DNA of 64,000 nucleotides, from NCBI GenBank assembly GCA_020137815.1, contig CM035350.1, forward strand, positions 5,828,001 through 5,892,000. Reading direction: 5' to 3'. The notes under the pieces were generated by a model. The model was not told the DNA's origin. It searched no databases and saw nothing but the letters and a program-made list of their open reading frames with translations. Positions within the stretch are counted from its first letter, which is position 1. Every line of letters starts with the position of its first letter. Source of the DNA: Hormiphora californensis. Its lineage: Eukaryota; Animalia; Ctenophora. The position numbers and the translations under genes were made by a program. Positions 54,592 to 64,000 of this stretch are shown piece after piece.

Positions 54592-54817
54592 AGGTCCCCC
54601 CAAACTACTATGTCCCTTGCTGCGCGCGACCGGATTTTAGACGGCCATAGCTCCACCCCCTGATAAGATAGAGACTTGAAATTTGTTTTGTAGGGAGATC
54701 ATATCGAGTTCTTCGTACAGAACAAATTTCAAGCTTCTATCTCATCAGGGAGTGGAGTTATGACCGTGGGAAATTTCACAAAACCCGAGTGAGGGACATA
54801 GTAGTTTGGGGTGTACT
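54592..54817. mobile_element. MITE
   Basis: Inverted repeat CCCCAAACTACTATGTCCCT plus internal inverted subrepeats. Confidence 0.65.
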
Positions 54818-55429
54818 TAGATCCGAATCATGAACTCAGCTCGCGTGATTTTATCCAAAAAACTCATTTTTCCCCCGCTGTTGAAGAAAATAATAAATAT
54901 TACTGTCTTCACTCTTCATTAGGACTTAGCACTATAGTACACCCTTAAGCCTTGTCCACAGTACAAAGATGCAAAATCTGGGTGACCCCGGTGTTACCCC
55001 TGATGTGGACGAAAAGGAGGATGGTGGCGGGGGGGGGGGGGACCACGGAGTCTGCTGGTGTTGACCGCCACGGGCCACCCCATTATCCGTTTGAGACGGA
55101 GGGGAGAGAAATGGGAACTCCTTGAACCCTATGAAACCAAGTGATCTTTTGGATGAAACCCTAAAAAGAGCCATCGCCGTCATTATAGCGCACCATCTGT
55201 CCCTCCTGATCCTCCCAACGCTATTCCCTATGACGGTAGTGCCCCCATCTCGATCCGGTGTTAACTCAATACAAATACAGCAACTTGGGATCACTACACT
55301 ACAATACCCCGTTGTTCCACAGACCGCCCCATGAGTATTAAAGTGAGTTGATCATATTCGGAGGGGGGGGTCTCTCTCAGGGTAATTGATAAGTATTCAG
55401 TTAGTATGACAGTAGACGGCCATTCTCTA

Positions 55430-58400
55430 TGTGAGCTTCGGGTACTCTGGGGGTACAAGTAAGACAGGGGGTAGCCCTATTAGGAGCTCCGACTGGGGGT
55501 TCGTGGGCTGTGAGTGTTTGGGGTTCTGCTGGACGAGTGGGCTATCTCAGTGCACATGCACGTGAAACAACCGTGGCGAAGGATGACTCGGGGTGGATGA
55601 ATCCTAGTACTCGAACACAATAAAACAACACGGTTCACCAAGGTATGAACGTCAAAGTACGGAAGTTGGGACACAACACTAAATAAGATGGAACTCGGGA
55701 CTGGCACACTTCTCACTCATTTTTCGCTCCTTAACTCGTCTACCAAGCTTGGAACCGTGCTTCACCAGGTCCAAAGTTTACTAGTCTACGGTGCTGACAG
55801 CTACCGGCGACAACAACGCAGACTAGGACAACTCACTTTCTCCTAACTCGGGTCTCTCACTACCAGGGTTCTCTGCGTCTCCTTGACTCAGTAACTCTGG
55901 TTACTGAGTAGTCTAGCCTCAACCGAAACGGCGTACCACTTCGGGGTACGCGGCCAGCACCAAGCAATACTGTTGAGAGGTCTGAAGTACTTGAATGACT
56001 TCTTCACACTTCCAGCAGTATCTTGGGAACCAAATCCGACGCACCAAATAAACTAAACTCTCTGTGCGAACAATTGCATACCCGACATGACCCGATCAGA
56101 CTAAGGTTAGGGATCTCTCACATACCCCACATTCACCCTTCCCTGTAGAGCAGAAAGAGACCCCTTACTCCGGTCGAAAATCATTCGGGTAGCATTTACT
56201 CAGACTTTAATTAAGATAGATAAAATAATTAAGACAAAATATTAATTCTAGGTAAATTATTAAAATATTACTACTACTACATTGGATGTTTGGTGTGTGT
56301 CCCTGCACCGCTTGCGCACACGAATGCAACAAACACACCAACTCATCCAATATAAATCTATTCGAGAAATTAAAGGTAGACCGAATCTAAAGCAATGAAT
56401 CTAAAAGAACTAAGACATAAAATTTAAGGAAAATTAAACGGACAAGGAGACCTTACTAATTAAGACGTAAATTATACCGAAAGTTATGAATTTATAATTT
56501 AAGATTACTAAACATAAATCACACACACACGAACGCAGTGCTAACAGCTTCTAGTAAAATGATTAAAATAATAAACACATGAATATCTAAAATCCATATT
56601 GAAAAGGGGGTGGGACACGGGGATAGGACGTCTCCTAGGGTGGACGTGTCCATAAACTTTTAGACCGCCGGCAAGAATAAATCTACAATAACTTATCACT
56701 GCAAACTCTCAAGCTTTAAAGTAGTTACACCAGACATGCACCAAAGATGCACTAGATTCACACACACTGTGTGACACAGTAGGAGACGCAAAGACCTCTC
56801 TTCTCAACTCTTCTACTCAACTCACCCGAGTCACCAGACTGACGTCTACAGAGGAGAAGCACGGTCCTTAGCACATTCTCAATGCACAATACGTTCACAT
56901 ATCACAGTGGTAAAATTGTTAATTGGTTACATTTAGTTTTCACATATCACAGGTACCTTCACACGCAAGATTTGAGTGTTTACAAGTTACCAACCGTAGT
57001 CACGATGGGTAGAGCTGGGATGGGGATTCTCGGTGCACTGTAGCCAACACTTGCCACTGGGTTCATCTGGGTGTCAGTACAGGAAGGGGCTTCAATCTTC
57101 TCGATAGTAGCACTTATCTGGGAGACGGTTTGCTCAACACGGGTGACTTTCCAGGTTAGCATCCAGTTGTAGGTTCCATTGATAGGTCCCGTCAGATCAA
57201 TAGTCACGTCAATAGACGATTGGATTTGGACTTTCCGAACAGAGTTCATAGAAAAAACCTTCTCAGGAACTGGATCTTCTGCCACAACACATACCGGGAT
57301 TTCCTTTTCCTCATTCAGGGTTTCCAATTTCATCACCAGGGTTTCATCTTTCTCCGAGAAGTTCTCCTTTTCCAAGAGGTGAACATCATGCTCCATCACT
57401 TTCTGGGGTTCCACCACCAAACAAGTCATCACCTGGCTGCTTCCAACAGGCAATTTTTTGGGAACAGCTTTCACACGATCTTGTGATACTCGGGATACCG
57501 CGGTTGTCTCCAGCTTCAAACTCTGGGCTTGATTTCGCATAGTTCGAGCTCCAAAATCTAAGGTGAATTGGTGGTTTTCCAGAAAATCTTGGCCCAGGAT
57601 ACATTCCTCTGCTATGTCAGCCACCAGTAAATCAGTGAGTAGGTTCTTCCCTTGCACCTCTAACGGGAATGCTCTCAACACTCCGAAAGTAGGGAACTTG
57701 TAGCCGGACACTCCTATAATGTCCACCTGTTTATCGACCACAATGTCCATTAGGCCTGCCTTTTCAGCCACTTGACGAGACACTAAGCTAACACAAGAGC
57801 CACAGTCAATTAGAGCTTTGGCCATATGAGAGGAAACACCGACCTGAATGTGCATACACCCTTGACAGGCGTTGACTCCAGTCTTCTCGGGCAAACTGGG
57901 ATCAAAGGTCAACTCACCATCACTGCTCAGCTCCGGCTCGGGTTCTGAGTGCATCGTGGTAACGTGATGAGGAGTAGACTTCAACTCCGTCTGTTGCCGT
58001 ACCTGAGAAAGTTCAGCCCGCACTCTGCTTTTTTCTAATAACTGTTCCTCTTGCCTCCAGTTCTCAATCGGTCCAACCTCATTAATACCTGGAATCTGCT
58101 GGCCACACCACGGGAATATTCCCTGCTTCAAATTATCTCTCTCGTTACATGGTGGATATGGGACTGTTGACGGGAGCGAAATGAATCCTGGATTACTGGA
58201 AATGTTGCTGCTAGCGGTGTTCACATTACACATAAGGGACTCTGGATAGCAATCACCATTGTAGCGAGCATACCCTAACTGCTCTTGAATAAGGCTGTTT
58301 GGCTCCACCTGCATACCGTCTCCGGTGTAGTGCTGGTAATGCTCAGGGTATCCGTTTCTGTTTCTGTACCAATTCTGCCGCTGTTTCGGACGAGGACAAT

Positions 58401-60236
58401 CTCTGGCAAAGTGACCTGGGTCGAGACAGTTGTAACAACCCACTTCCTCATGGCTACGGGCTATCAAATGAGGGCGCTGCATTCCTCGCCATTCTCCTGT
58501 TCTAGGCGAATACCAAGGCATACCTTTAGATGACGGGGGAATCCACTGTTGACCAGGCACAAAAGCTTGATTGTTCCACTGTGGCACTTGGGGGAGGTTT
58601 CCAACGAGGGCAGACCGGTGATGTATTGAGGGGACAGGTTTGAACATAATGGGAGGAATTTTCTGGGCTCTCAGAACACTAAACTCAACAGTTTCTCGCT
58701 TGTCAGGTTCCTGGACACGGTGAGAAACTTCCACTGCATTAGCTTCAGCGACAAGCTCTCGGAAGGGATATTTCTCCTGATTCTGGATCAACCACACTCT
58801 TACCCAGTAGTTCTTAGCACCACTGAGTAGAGCCTGCTTTAGCACTATCTCTCGGAGGGGCAATTCCTCAGCTCGGGACCAACCTTGTTCAGCAATTGTA
58901 GTCAGGGCCTCTGCAAACTCACAAAAGGTCTCACCGGTTTTCTGGACTCGACTTTTCAGAGAAATGCGTGCTGTTAGAGCCTGCTCCCTGTTCAGCGATT
59001 CAATTACCTGCACGATTCGCTCTCGATACTGCGGCCACCTCAAGTTACACTCTTCAGCAAGTTCTGGAGCAGTCTGTAATACCTTCTTCAAAGTGTTGGG
59101 CGACAGGAACGTGAGGAAGGCGGTGATCTTCTCACAATCATCCAGCTGTAGGTTCGTAACGTACCTGCTAAACACTATCAGGAAGTGCTCAATGTCCATT
59201 GTGACATGGTCATACGGGGAGGGTTGCCTGCAGGCTACCGAAAGCAGTCTCCGTTGGGTACTCAGGGTCATGTGAAGATCTCGCCTAGCCAGTTCCTTCT
59301 CCATAGCTATGTGTAGCAGGAGAGCGTCTTTCTCAGCCTGCGTGCACTTGAGGTTCTTGACAAGGTCCACACTGGCTGTAGATGGTTTCTGGGGGTCGGT
59401 TCTCTGTTTGACGGGCGGGTTTTCATAGTCGGAATCGGAAAGCGTCATTATGGGCACGGGGGAAAGACGATGAGTGTCCCTTCGGGGTCGCCAGTTGTGA
59501 GCTTGGGGTACTCTGGGGGTACAACTAAGACAGGGGGTAGCCCTATTAGGAGCTCCGACTGGGGGTTCGTGGGCTGTGAGTGTTTGGAGTTTGGCTGGAC
59601 GAGCGGGCTATCTCAGTGCTCATGCACGTGAAACAACCGTGGCGAAGGATGACTCGGGGTGGATGAATCCTAGTACTCGAACACAATAAAACAACACGGT
59701 TCACCAAGGTATGAACGTCAAAGTACGGAAGTTGGGACACAACACTAAATAAGATGGAACTCGGGACGGTCACACTTCTCACTCATCTTTCGCTTCTTAA
59801 ATACTGTCAGGGTTCATCTTTACAGTACCACGTGACTGTCTAGTCTACCAAGCTTGGAACCGTGCTTCACCAGGTCCAAAGTTTACTAGTCTACGGTGCT
59901 GACAGCTACCGGCGACAACAACGCAGACTAGAACAACTCACTTTCTCCTAACTCGGGTCTCTCACTACCAGGGTTCTCTGCGTCTCCTTGACTCAGTAAC
60001 TCTGGTTACTGAGTAGTCTAGCCTCAACCGAAACGGCGTACCACTTCGGGGTACGCGGCCAGCACCAAGCAATACTGCTGAGAGGTCTGAAGTACTTTAA
60101 CGACTTCTTCACACTTCCAGCAGTATCTTGGGAACCAAATCCGACGTACCAAATAAACTAAACTCTCTGTGCGAACAATTGCATACCCGACATGACCCGA
60201 TCAGACTATGGTTAGGGATCTCTCACATACCCCACA
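55430..60236 (-). mobile_element. Non-autonomous Ty3/gypsy-like LTR retrotransposon (gag-protease only)
   Basis: LTRs 55430-56131 and 59496-60236 (TG..CA, differing by a 39-bp indel and a few substitutions). PBS TGGCGACCCCGAAGGGAC at 59493-59476 (tRNA-Arg-like). PPT AGGGAAGGGTGAA at 56144-56132. No TSD found. Confidence 0.92.
56980..59448 (-). CDS. Gag (CCHC knuckle)-aspartic protease polyprotein, no RT/RNase H
   Basis: CYNCLDPGHFARDC; ALIDCGSCVSLV...ILGQDFL; uninterrupted ORF of ~820 aa. Confidence 0.88.
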   Translation of the reverse strand: MTLSDSDYENPPVKQRTDPQKPSTASVDLVKNLKCTQAEKDALLLHIAMEKELARRDLHMTLSTQRRLLSVACRQPSPYDHVTMDIEHFLIVFSRYVTNLQLDDCEKITAFLTFLSPNTLKKVLQTAPELAEECNLRWPQYRERIVQVIESLNREQALTARISLKSRVQKTGETFCEFAEALTTIAEQGWSRAEELPLREIVLKQALLSGAKNYWVRVWLIQNQEKYPFRELVAEANAVEVSHRVQEPDKRETVEFSVLRAQKIPPIMFKPVPSIHHRSALVGNLPQVPQWNNQAFVPGQQWIPPSSKGMPWYSPRTGEWRGMQRPHLIARSHEEVGCYNCLDPGHFARDCPRPKQRQNWYRNRNGYPEHYQHYTGDGMQVEPNSLIQEQLGYARYNGDCYPESLMCNVNTASSNISSNPGFISLPSTVPYPPCNERDNLKQGIFPWCGQQIPGINEVGPIENWRQEEQLLEKSRVRAELSQVRQQTELKSTPHHVTTMHSEPEPELSSDGELTFDPSLPEKTGVNACQGCMHIQVGVSSHMAKALIDCGSCVSLVSRQVAEKAGLMDIVVDKQVDIIGVSGYKFPTFGVLRAFPLEVQGKNLLTDLLVADIAEECILGQDFLENHQFTLDFGARTMRNQAQSLKLETTAVSRVSQDRVKAVPKKLPVGSSQVMTCLVVEPQKVMEHDVHLLEKENFSEKDETLVMKLETLNEEKEIPVCVVAEDPVPEKVFSMNSVRKVQIQSSIDVTIDLTGPINGTYNWMLTWKVTRVEQTVSQISATIEKIEAPSCTDTQMNPVASVGYSAPRIPIPALPIVTTVGNL

Positions 60237-61487
60237 AATTGAGGCGATATGGTATTGGAGGTCAACTCCTTCAGTGGATCAGTGCGTGGATCCTGGGCAG
60301 GAATCAGTGTGTAATGGTGGATGGAGTGAGGTCACCCTGGGCCGAGGTACTTAGTGGGGTTGCCCAGGGTAGTGTGCTCGGACCACTTCTTTTCCTCATA
60401 TATATTCTTGACCTGGAGTCAGTGCTAGACGGTAGCATGTGTCTAACTTTTGCTGACGATACTAAGTTGGTAAAAGCTATTTCGGATATGACTAGCCAGG
60501 CGTGCCTACAGAACGATCTTTTAAGAGTGGCAGAATGGGCAAAGAAGAACAATATGAAGTTACATGAGGATAAATTTCAGCTCTTGAGCTATAGTCTGAA
60601 TAAGTCTGCTATCCTCAGACAGTTTCCTTTCGCAGCTGAAGTGTTTTCATATACTACAAGCTCAGGTGTGCAGTTGACCCCCGAACCTGATGTTCGTGAT
60701 CTGGGTGTCCAGATGTCTGCAGATGGGTCATGGACGAGGCACATTTCTATCATAGTGCGGAAGGCTTCCCTCTTGAGTGGCTGGATATTCAGCGTTTTTC
60801 GGGACCGTTCTCCGGAGGTTATGGTACAGCTTTTCAAGTCCTTGGTCAGGCCTATTCTTGAGTACTGTTGCCTAGTCTGGAACCCTTCCAAGGCTGGTGA
60901 TATCAAGGCTATTGAGAATGTCCAACGTTGTTTCACCAGACGTCTTGATGGTATGCAGGGTCATGACTATTGGGATAGACTGAAATTGCTCAATCTTATG
61001 TCCCTTCAGCGTCGGAGACAGCGCTACATTCTGATTCATGTGTGGAAGACGATTCATGGTTTTGTACCTAACTCTACCAACCTAGTATTTCAACAGCACG
61101 CTAGACTGGGTATGCGGATAGTCCCACCACCTTACCCCTATAGAGCAGAAACGAAACGAGCTAATCAATTTCACTGCTCATTTGGTCCAAGAGCAGCTCA
61201 TTTATGGAACATTCTACCTGCTGCTGTCAATTCTTGTGTGAGCTTGAATCAGTTCAAATCATCATTGGGCAATTACTTGACAGGATTTCACGATCGTCCT
61301 CCAGTCAGAGGGTACCCGCCACTTCCAAATGACCTTTCGCCTCAATATGCTGTGCTGTGCTGATGAGTGTGAGTGTGAAGGGATAGTTTTTCAACTTGAT
61401 TTTATTTAGGTGGACCCATTCAGGGAAGGCCTGTTTCTTTATAAATAAAACTTTAATTGTAAACTTGTAACTGTAAACTTGTAAACT
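60237..61487 (+). mobile_element. 5'-truncated LINE (CR1/L2-group-like) RT C-terminus with 3' tail
   Basis: QGSVLGPLLF, FADD, DLGV, LVRPILEYC motifs; stop at 61363; (TTGTAAAC)n-like tail ~61457-61487. Confidence 0.9.
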
Positions 61488-61546
61488 AGTTTTTCTCATC
61501 ATCAACAGTCAGCAATATTCACGAAGAGTAAAATCATAATACATAC

Positions 61547-61861
61547 CCTGGTGTAATAGAAACCCAGTCATACCAACAGCAAATCCAATGAGACCCATTG
61601 TTACCCATCTGTCCCACTCAATGCGTGGAGACTGCTTTTTCAACCAGTCCTGTAAATACATGTAGTACAGGTCAATTGCACATTATAATGGTACATTTAT
61701 CAACTGTCCACCCATTACAGTACACGTACCTTGTACACGGTGGAGTGTGGGGTAAAGTAATCCAGACTCTCATACTTGCTAAGAACTTCTTTCTCACTTT
61801 CTTGATACTGATGATTGACAAACCTCGATTCATATTCACGGCCTCGTTCAAAGAATTTCAT
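61547..61861 (-). CDS. First two coding exons of a CLC-family chloride channel/transporter (CLC-6/7-like); remainder not found
   Basis: Exon 61864-61730 MKFFERGREYESRF...KYESLDYFTPHSTVYK|gt; exon 61649-61547 DWLKKQSPRIEWDRWVTMGLIGFAVGMTGFLLHQ G|gtatgt. YESLDY followed by the W..xGLIG..G helix is typical of CLC N-termini. Confidence 0.82.
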
Positions 61862-62322
61862 CGGCTAAACAAAAATAATATTTATGTTTGTATGTAAACT
61901 CTACAAACGGTCGTATACTGCACAGTGTACACAGTACACGCATTCAAATCACAATTACTAATTAGGTTTGTTGGTGATTTGAAATTGCTACAGGCGAGCA
62001 AACTTCTTACTGCAGCGGACAGCAGTGCCAAAAAATCAAGAAAAGTTTTTTTTAAATGTCAACTCTCAGTCTAATTTTTTTTTGCTTGATTGATGATTAC
62101 TGAAAAGCGCAGCGCAGTTTCTAAATATTTCGCGCGTACCATACTTTTCATCGTATGGAATCGTCGTAAGGCGGGCGCCGCGCGGGCGAGTTATCCAAAT
62201 CAAATGTCGCTCGCTCCGCGATTTAAAAAACAACGGTCGATTTTCGAGATTCGCGGTTCTTTGTAAAATTTTGCACTTGTATCCTTCCTCTGGCTTACGC
62301 TGTACTATCCATCTAGATGGTG

Positions 62323-62530
62323 AACCATAATAAAGTTCAAGAGTGTCCAAGAGCGCACCCCATCCAAGAGAGACCAAAATCAAGAGCGCACCACAATCAA
62401 GAGACCAAAATCAAGAGCGCACCACAATCAAGAGAGACCAAATCAAGAGCGCACCACAATCAAGAGAGACCAAATTCAAGAGCGCACCACATCTGGTCTC
62501 TCTTGGATGGGGTGCGCTCTTGGGCGCTCT
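62323..62530. mobile_element. Copy of a dispersed repeat family built on (AAGAGCGCACCAC) subrepeats; related copies at ~41381-41460, ~42020-42200, ~46583-46700
   Basis: Shared AACCATAATAAAGTTCAAGAG boundary and subrepeats in both orientations. Confidence 0.65.
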
Positions 62531-62872
62531 TGACCCCTATCCTGGTCGGCGGTGTGCCTACCTCAGTAGTACTTATTCCTAGCACTGATTCCCTATGATG
62601 AACCCCGCCCTGATCGCCCAACGCTTCGTAAATTTTAGTAGTTTTTTGACATCTCCGACTCGACCCCAAAACTAACTTGTTAATGTGCCGTTCTTGTCTA
62701 GCGATAGTGGTACCAGTAAGATTCTTGTTACAGATGTGACAGTAGACTTCTCTCCTTCTTTCTTGGTGCTCCCCTCCTCACTCCAACTATCAGATGTAGT
62801 GATAGAGGCAGTCTCCCCTGCAGAGAGAACACTCTTTTTTGCTCTCACTAGACACACTCTTCCTTCTCACTA

Positions 62873-63442
62873 TCACTGAGGATCTCCCTTTCTTGTGCCA
62901 CCCTGCTTATCAGCTGTACTGCCACATTCTGTGGACGAATTACGGGGCCTGCCTGTTCGTCTCTTCTTCCCATTTACTGCATCACTCTTCTCTGCTTTTT
63001 TTCCTTTACTTCCATCTTCCTTCTTCTGTCTGCCCCTACTTCTACCCCTCGGTTTATTCTCAGATTCAGCCTCTCCTTCCTCTGGATGTGTACCAGAAGT
63101 TGTTTCCGTAAATTCCCTCATAGAAAGGCAATATCTCCACTCTTTTCTACCATCCTTCAGGGCCAAGTATGAATCCCCTTGCGAGGTGTCCGCTATAACC
63201 ACCAGATTCTTGGACTGACTGGCACTCTTGGACACCATAGAGTTGCGAATCAACAGACTATCATCAGGGGAAGGATCTTTCAACAGACTATCATCAGGAG
63301 AAGGTTCTTTCTGAGGGGTTGGAGGGAGTTTCCTCTTCTTAGAGGATGGCATTCCCCGACATGACTTCTCCAGGACCACAGAGCATCTCCGACTCTTGAT
63401 TATCTGGTTGGGACGGTGTGGGGTGCTGCCACAAGTCATCAT
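62873..63442 (-). CDS. Possible terminal exon of an upstream minus-strand gene (low-complexity, basic, NLS-like KKRK)
   Basis: 189-aa ORF; possible small exons at ~63765-63718 and >63892; no domain recognised. Confidence 0.35.
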   Translation of the reverse strand: MMTCGSTPHRPNQIIKSRRCSVVLEKSCRGMPSSKKRKLPPTPQKEPSPDDSLLKDPSPDDSLLIRNSMVSKSASQSKNLVVIADTSQGDSYLALKDGRKEWRYCLSMREFTETTSGTHPEEGEAESENKPRGRSRGRQKKEDGSKGKKAEKSDAVNGKKRRTGRPRNSSTECGSTADKQGGTRKGDPQ

Positions 63443-64000
63443 CGTCTTCCGAAGAGATGTTAAGAAGCCTGGATCGCTTCATAACCGATATCATGAGGTA
63501 TCCCCCTTATTGATAGCTAAAAGGGGAAGAGAGAAGGTTTATAAGTGGGGCTATGAAGAGAGTAGGGAGAGAAAGGGAGAGAAACATAAAACGATTCTGT
63601 TAATAAATAGAGATCACAAAAATCGGTTAAACTGGTTAAAATATTCCTCCCATGTGTTCCATGTCTATCGCCACGCGAAAATGATTTGTTGTTTGAGAAA
63701 GATCCTCCAGAATTACCACCAAGGAATCCCCTGTTGTTGTTAGTGTTAGACAGATCACCAAAACCTGAAGAGCAGAAAGATATAATTTAGGGAATTAGGG
63801 CACGCCGAAAGTTAGAATTTAAACAAAAACAAAACGATATAATTTCTACGTGTGAAATATCAATTAATATAAAAGTGGTTTCCAAACTGACCTGTAGATC
63901 CACCAGTATTTCCCCGAATATCCACCACCACCTCCAGGACGATCCAAATGTGCCTCCTCCTCCTGCTGCTGTTGAGTCACCCCCAACACACTCCCCCTCC

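Noticed and set aside
54969-55334. Coding-like stretch after a CAG acceptor and ATG
   Set aside because: Stops in all three frames and no recognisable homology; does not continue the CLC gene.
60128-60236. N-terminus of the 411-aa ORF as a real LTR-LINE fusion protein
   Set aside because: Chance read-through from LTR sequence into the truncated RT frame, with a non-ATG start.

Overview
Repeat-rich, intron-containing eukaryotic (animal-type) genomic DNA. The left ~37 kb carries, on the minus strand, the 5' part of a dystrophin/spectraplakin/nesprin-type actin-binding gene. Four small exons (6133-6072, 5372-5280, 5118-5038, 1609-1511) encode a CH1 domain. Upstream lies a splice-compatible (all phase 1) set of exons: a ~15.6-kb giant exon (36567-20955, ~5200 codons, broken only by six apparent 1-bp insertion errors) with ~32 copies of an unrecognised ~60-aa module and PEVK-like linkers; a 618-bp exon with W-K..L-K motifs; and eight symmetric exons each encoding one copy of a second unrecognised module. 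A 383-codon ORF inside a CH1 intron looks like an alternative first exon giving a CH1-truncated isoform. The right part holds an 11-exon 26/29-kDa-type cathepsin gene (+), a gag-protease-only LTR element abutting a truncated LINE, the first two coding exons of a CLC channel whose continuation I cannot find, two large foldback elements, many MITEs, a minimal hammerhead ribozyme and several mini/microsatellites. All gene models were read by eye and need RNA confirmation; no database searches were run.
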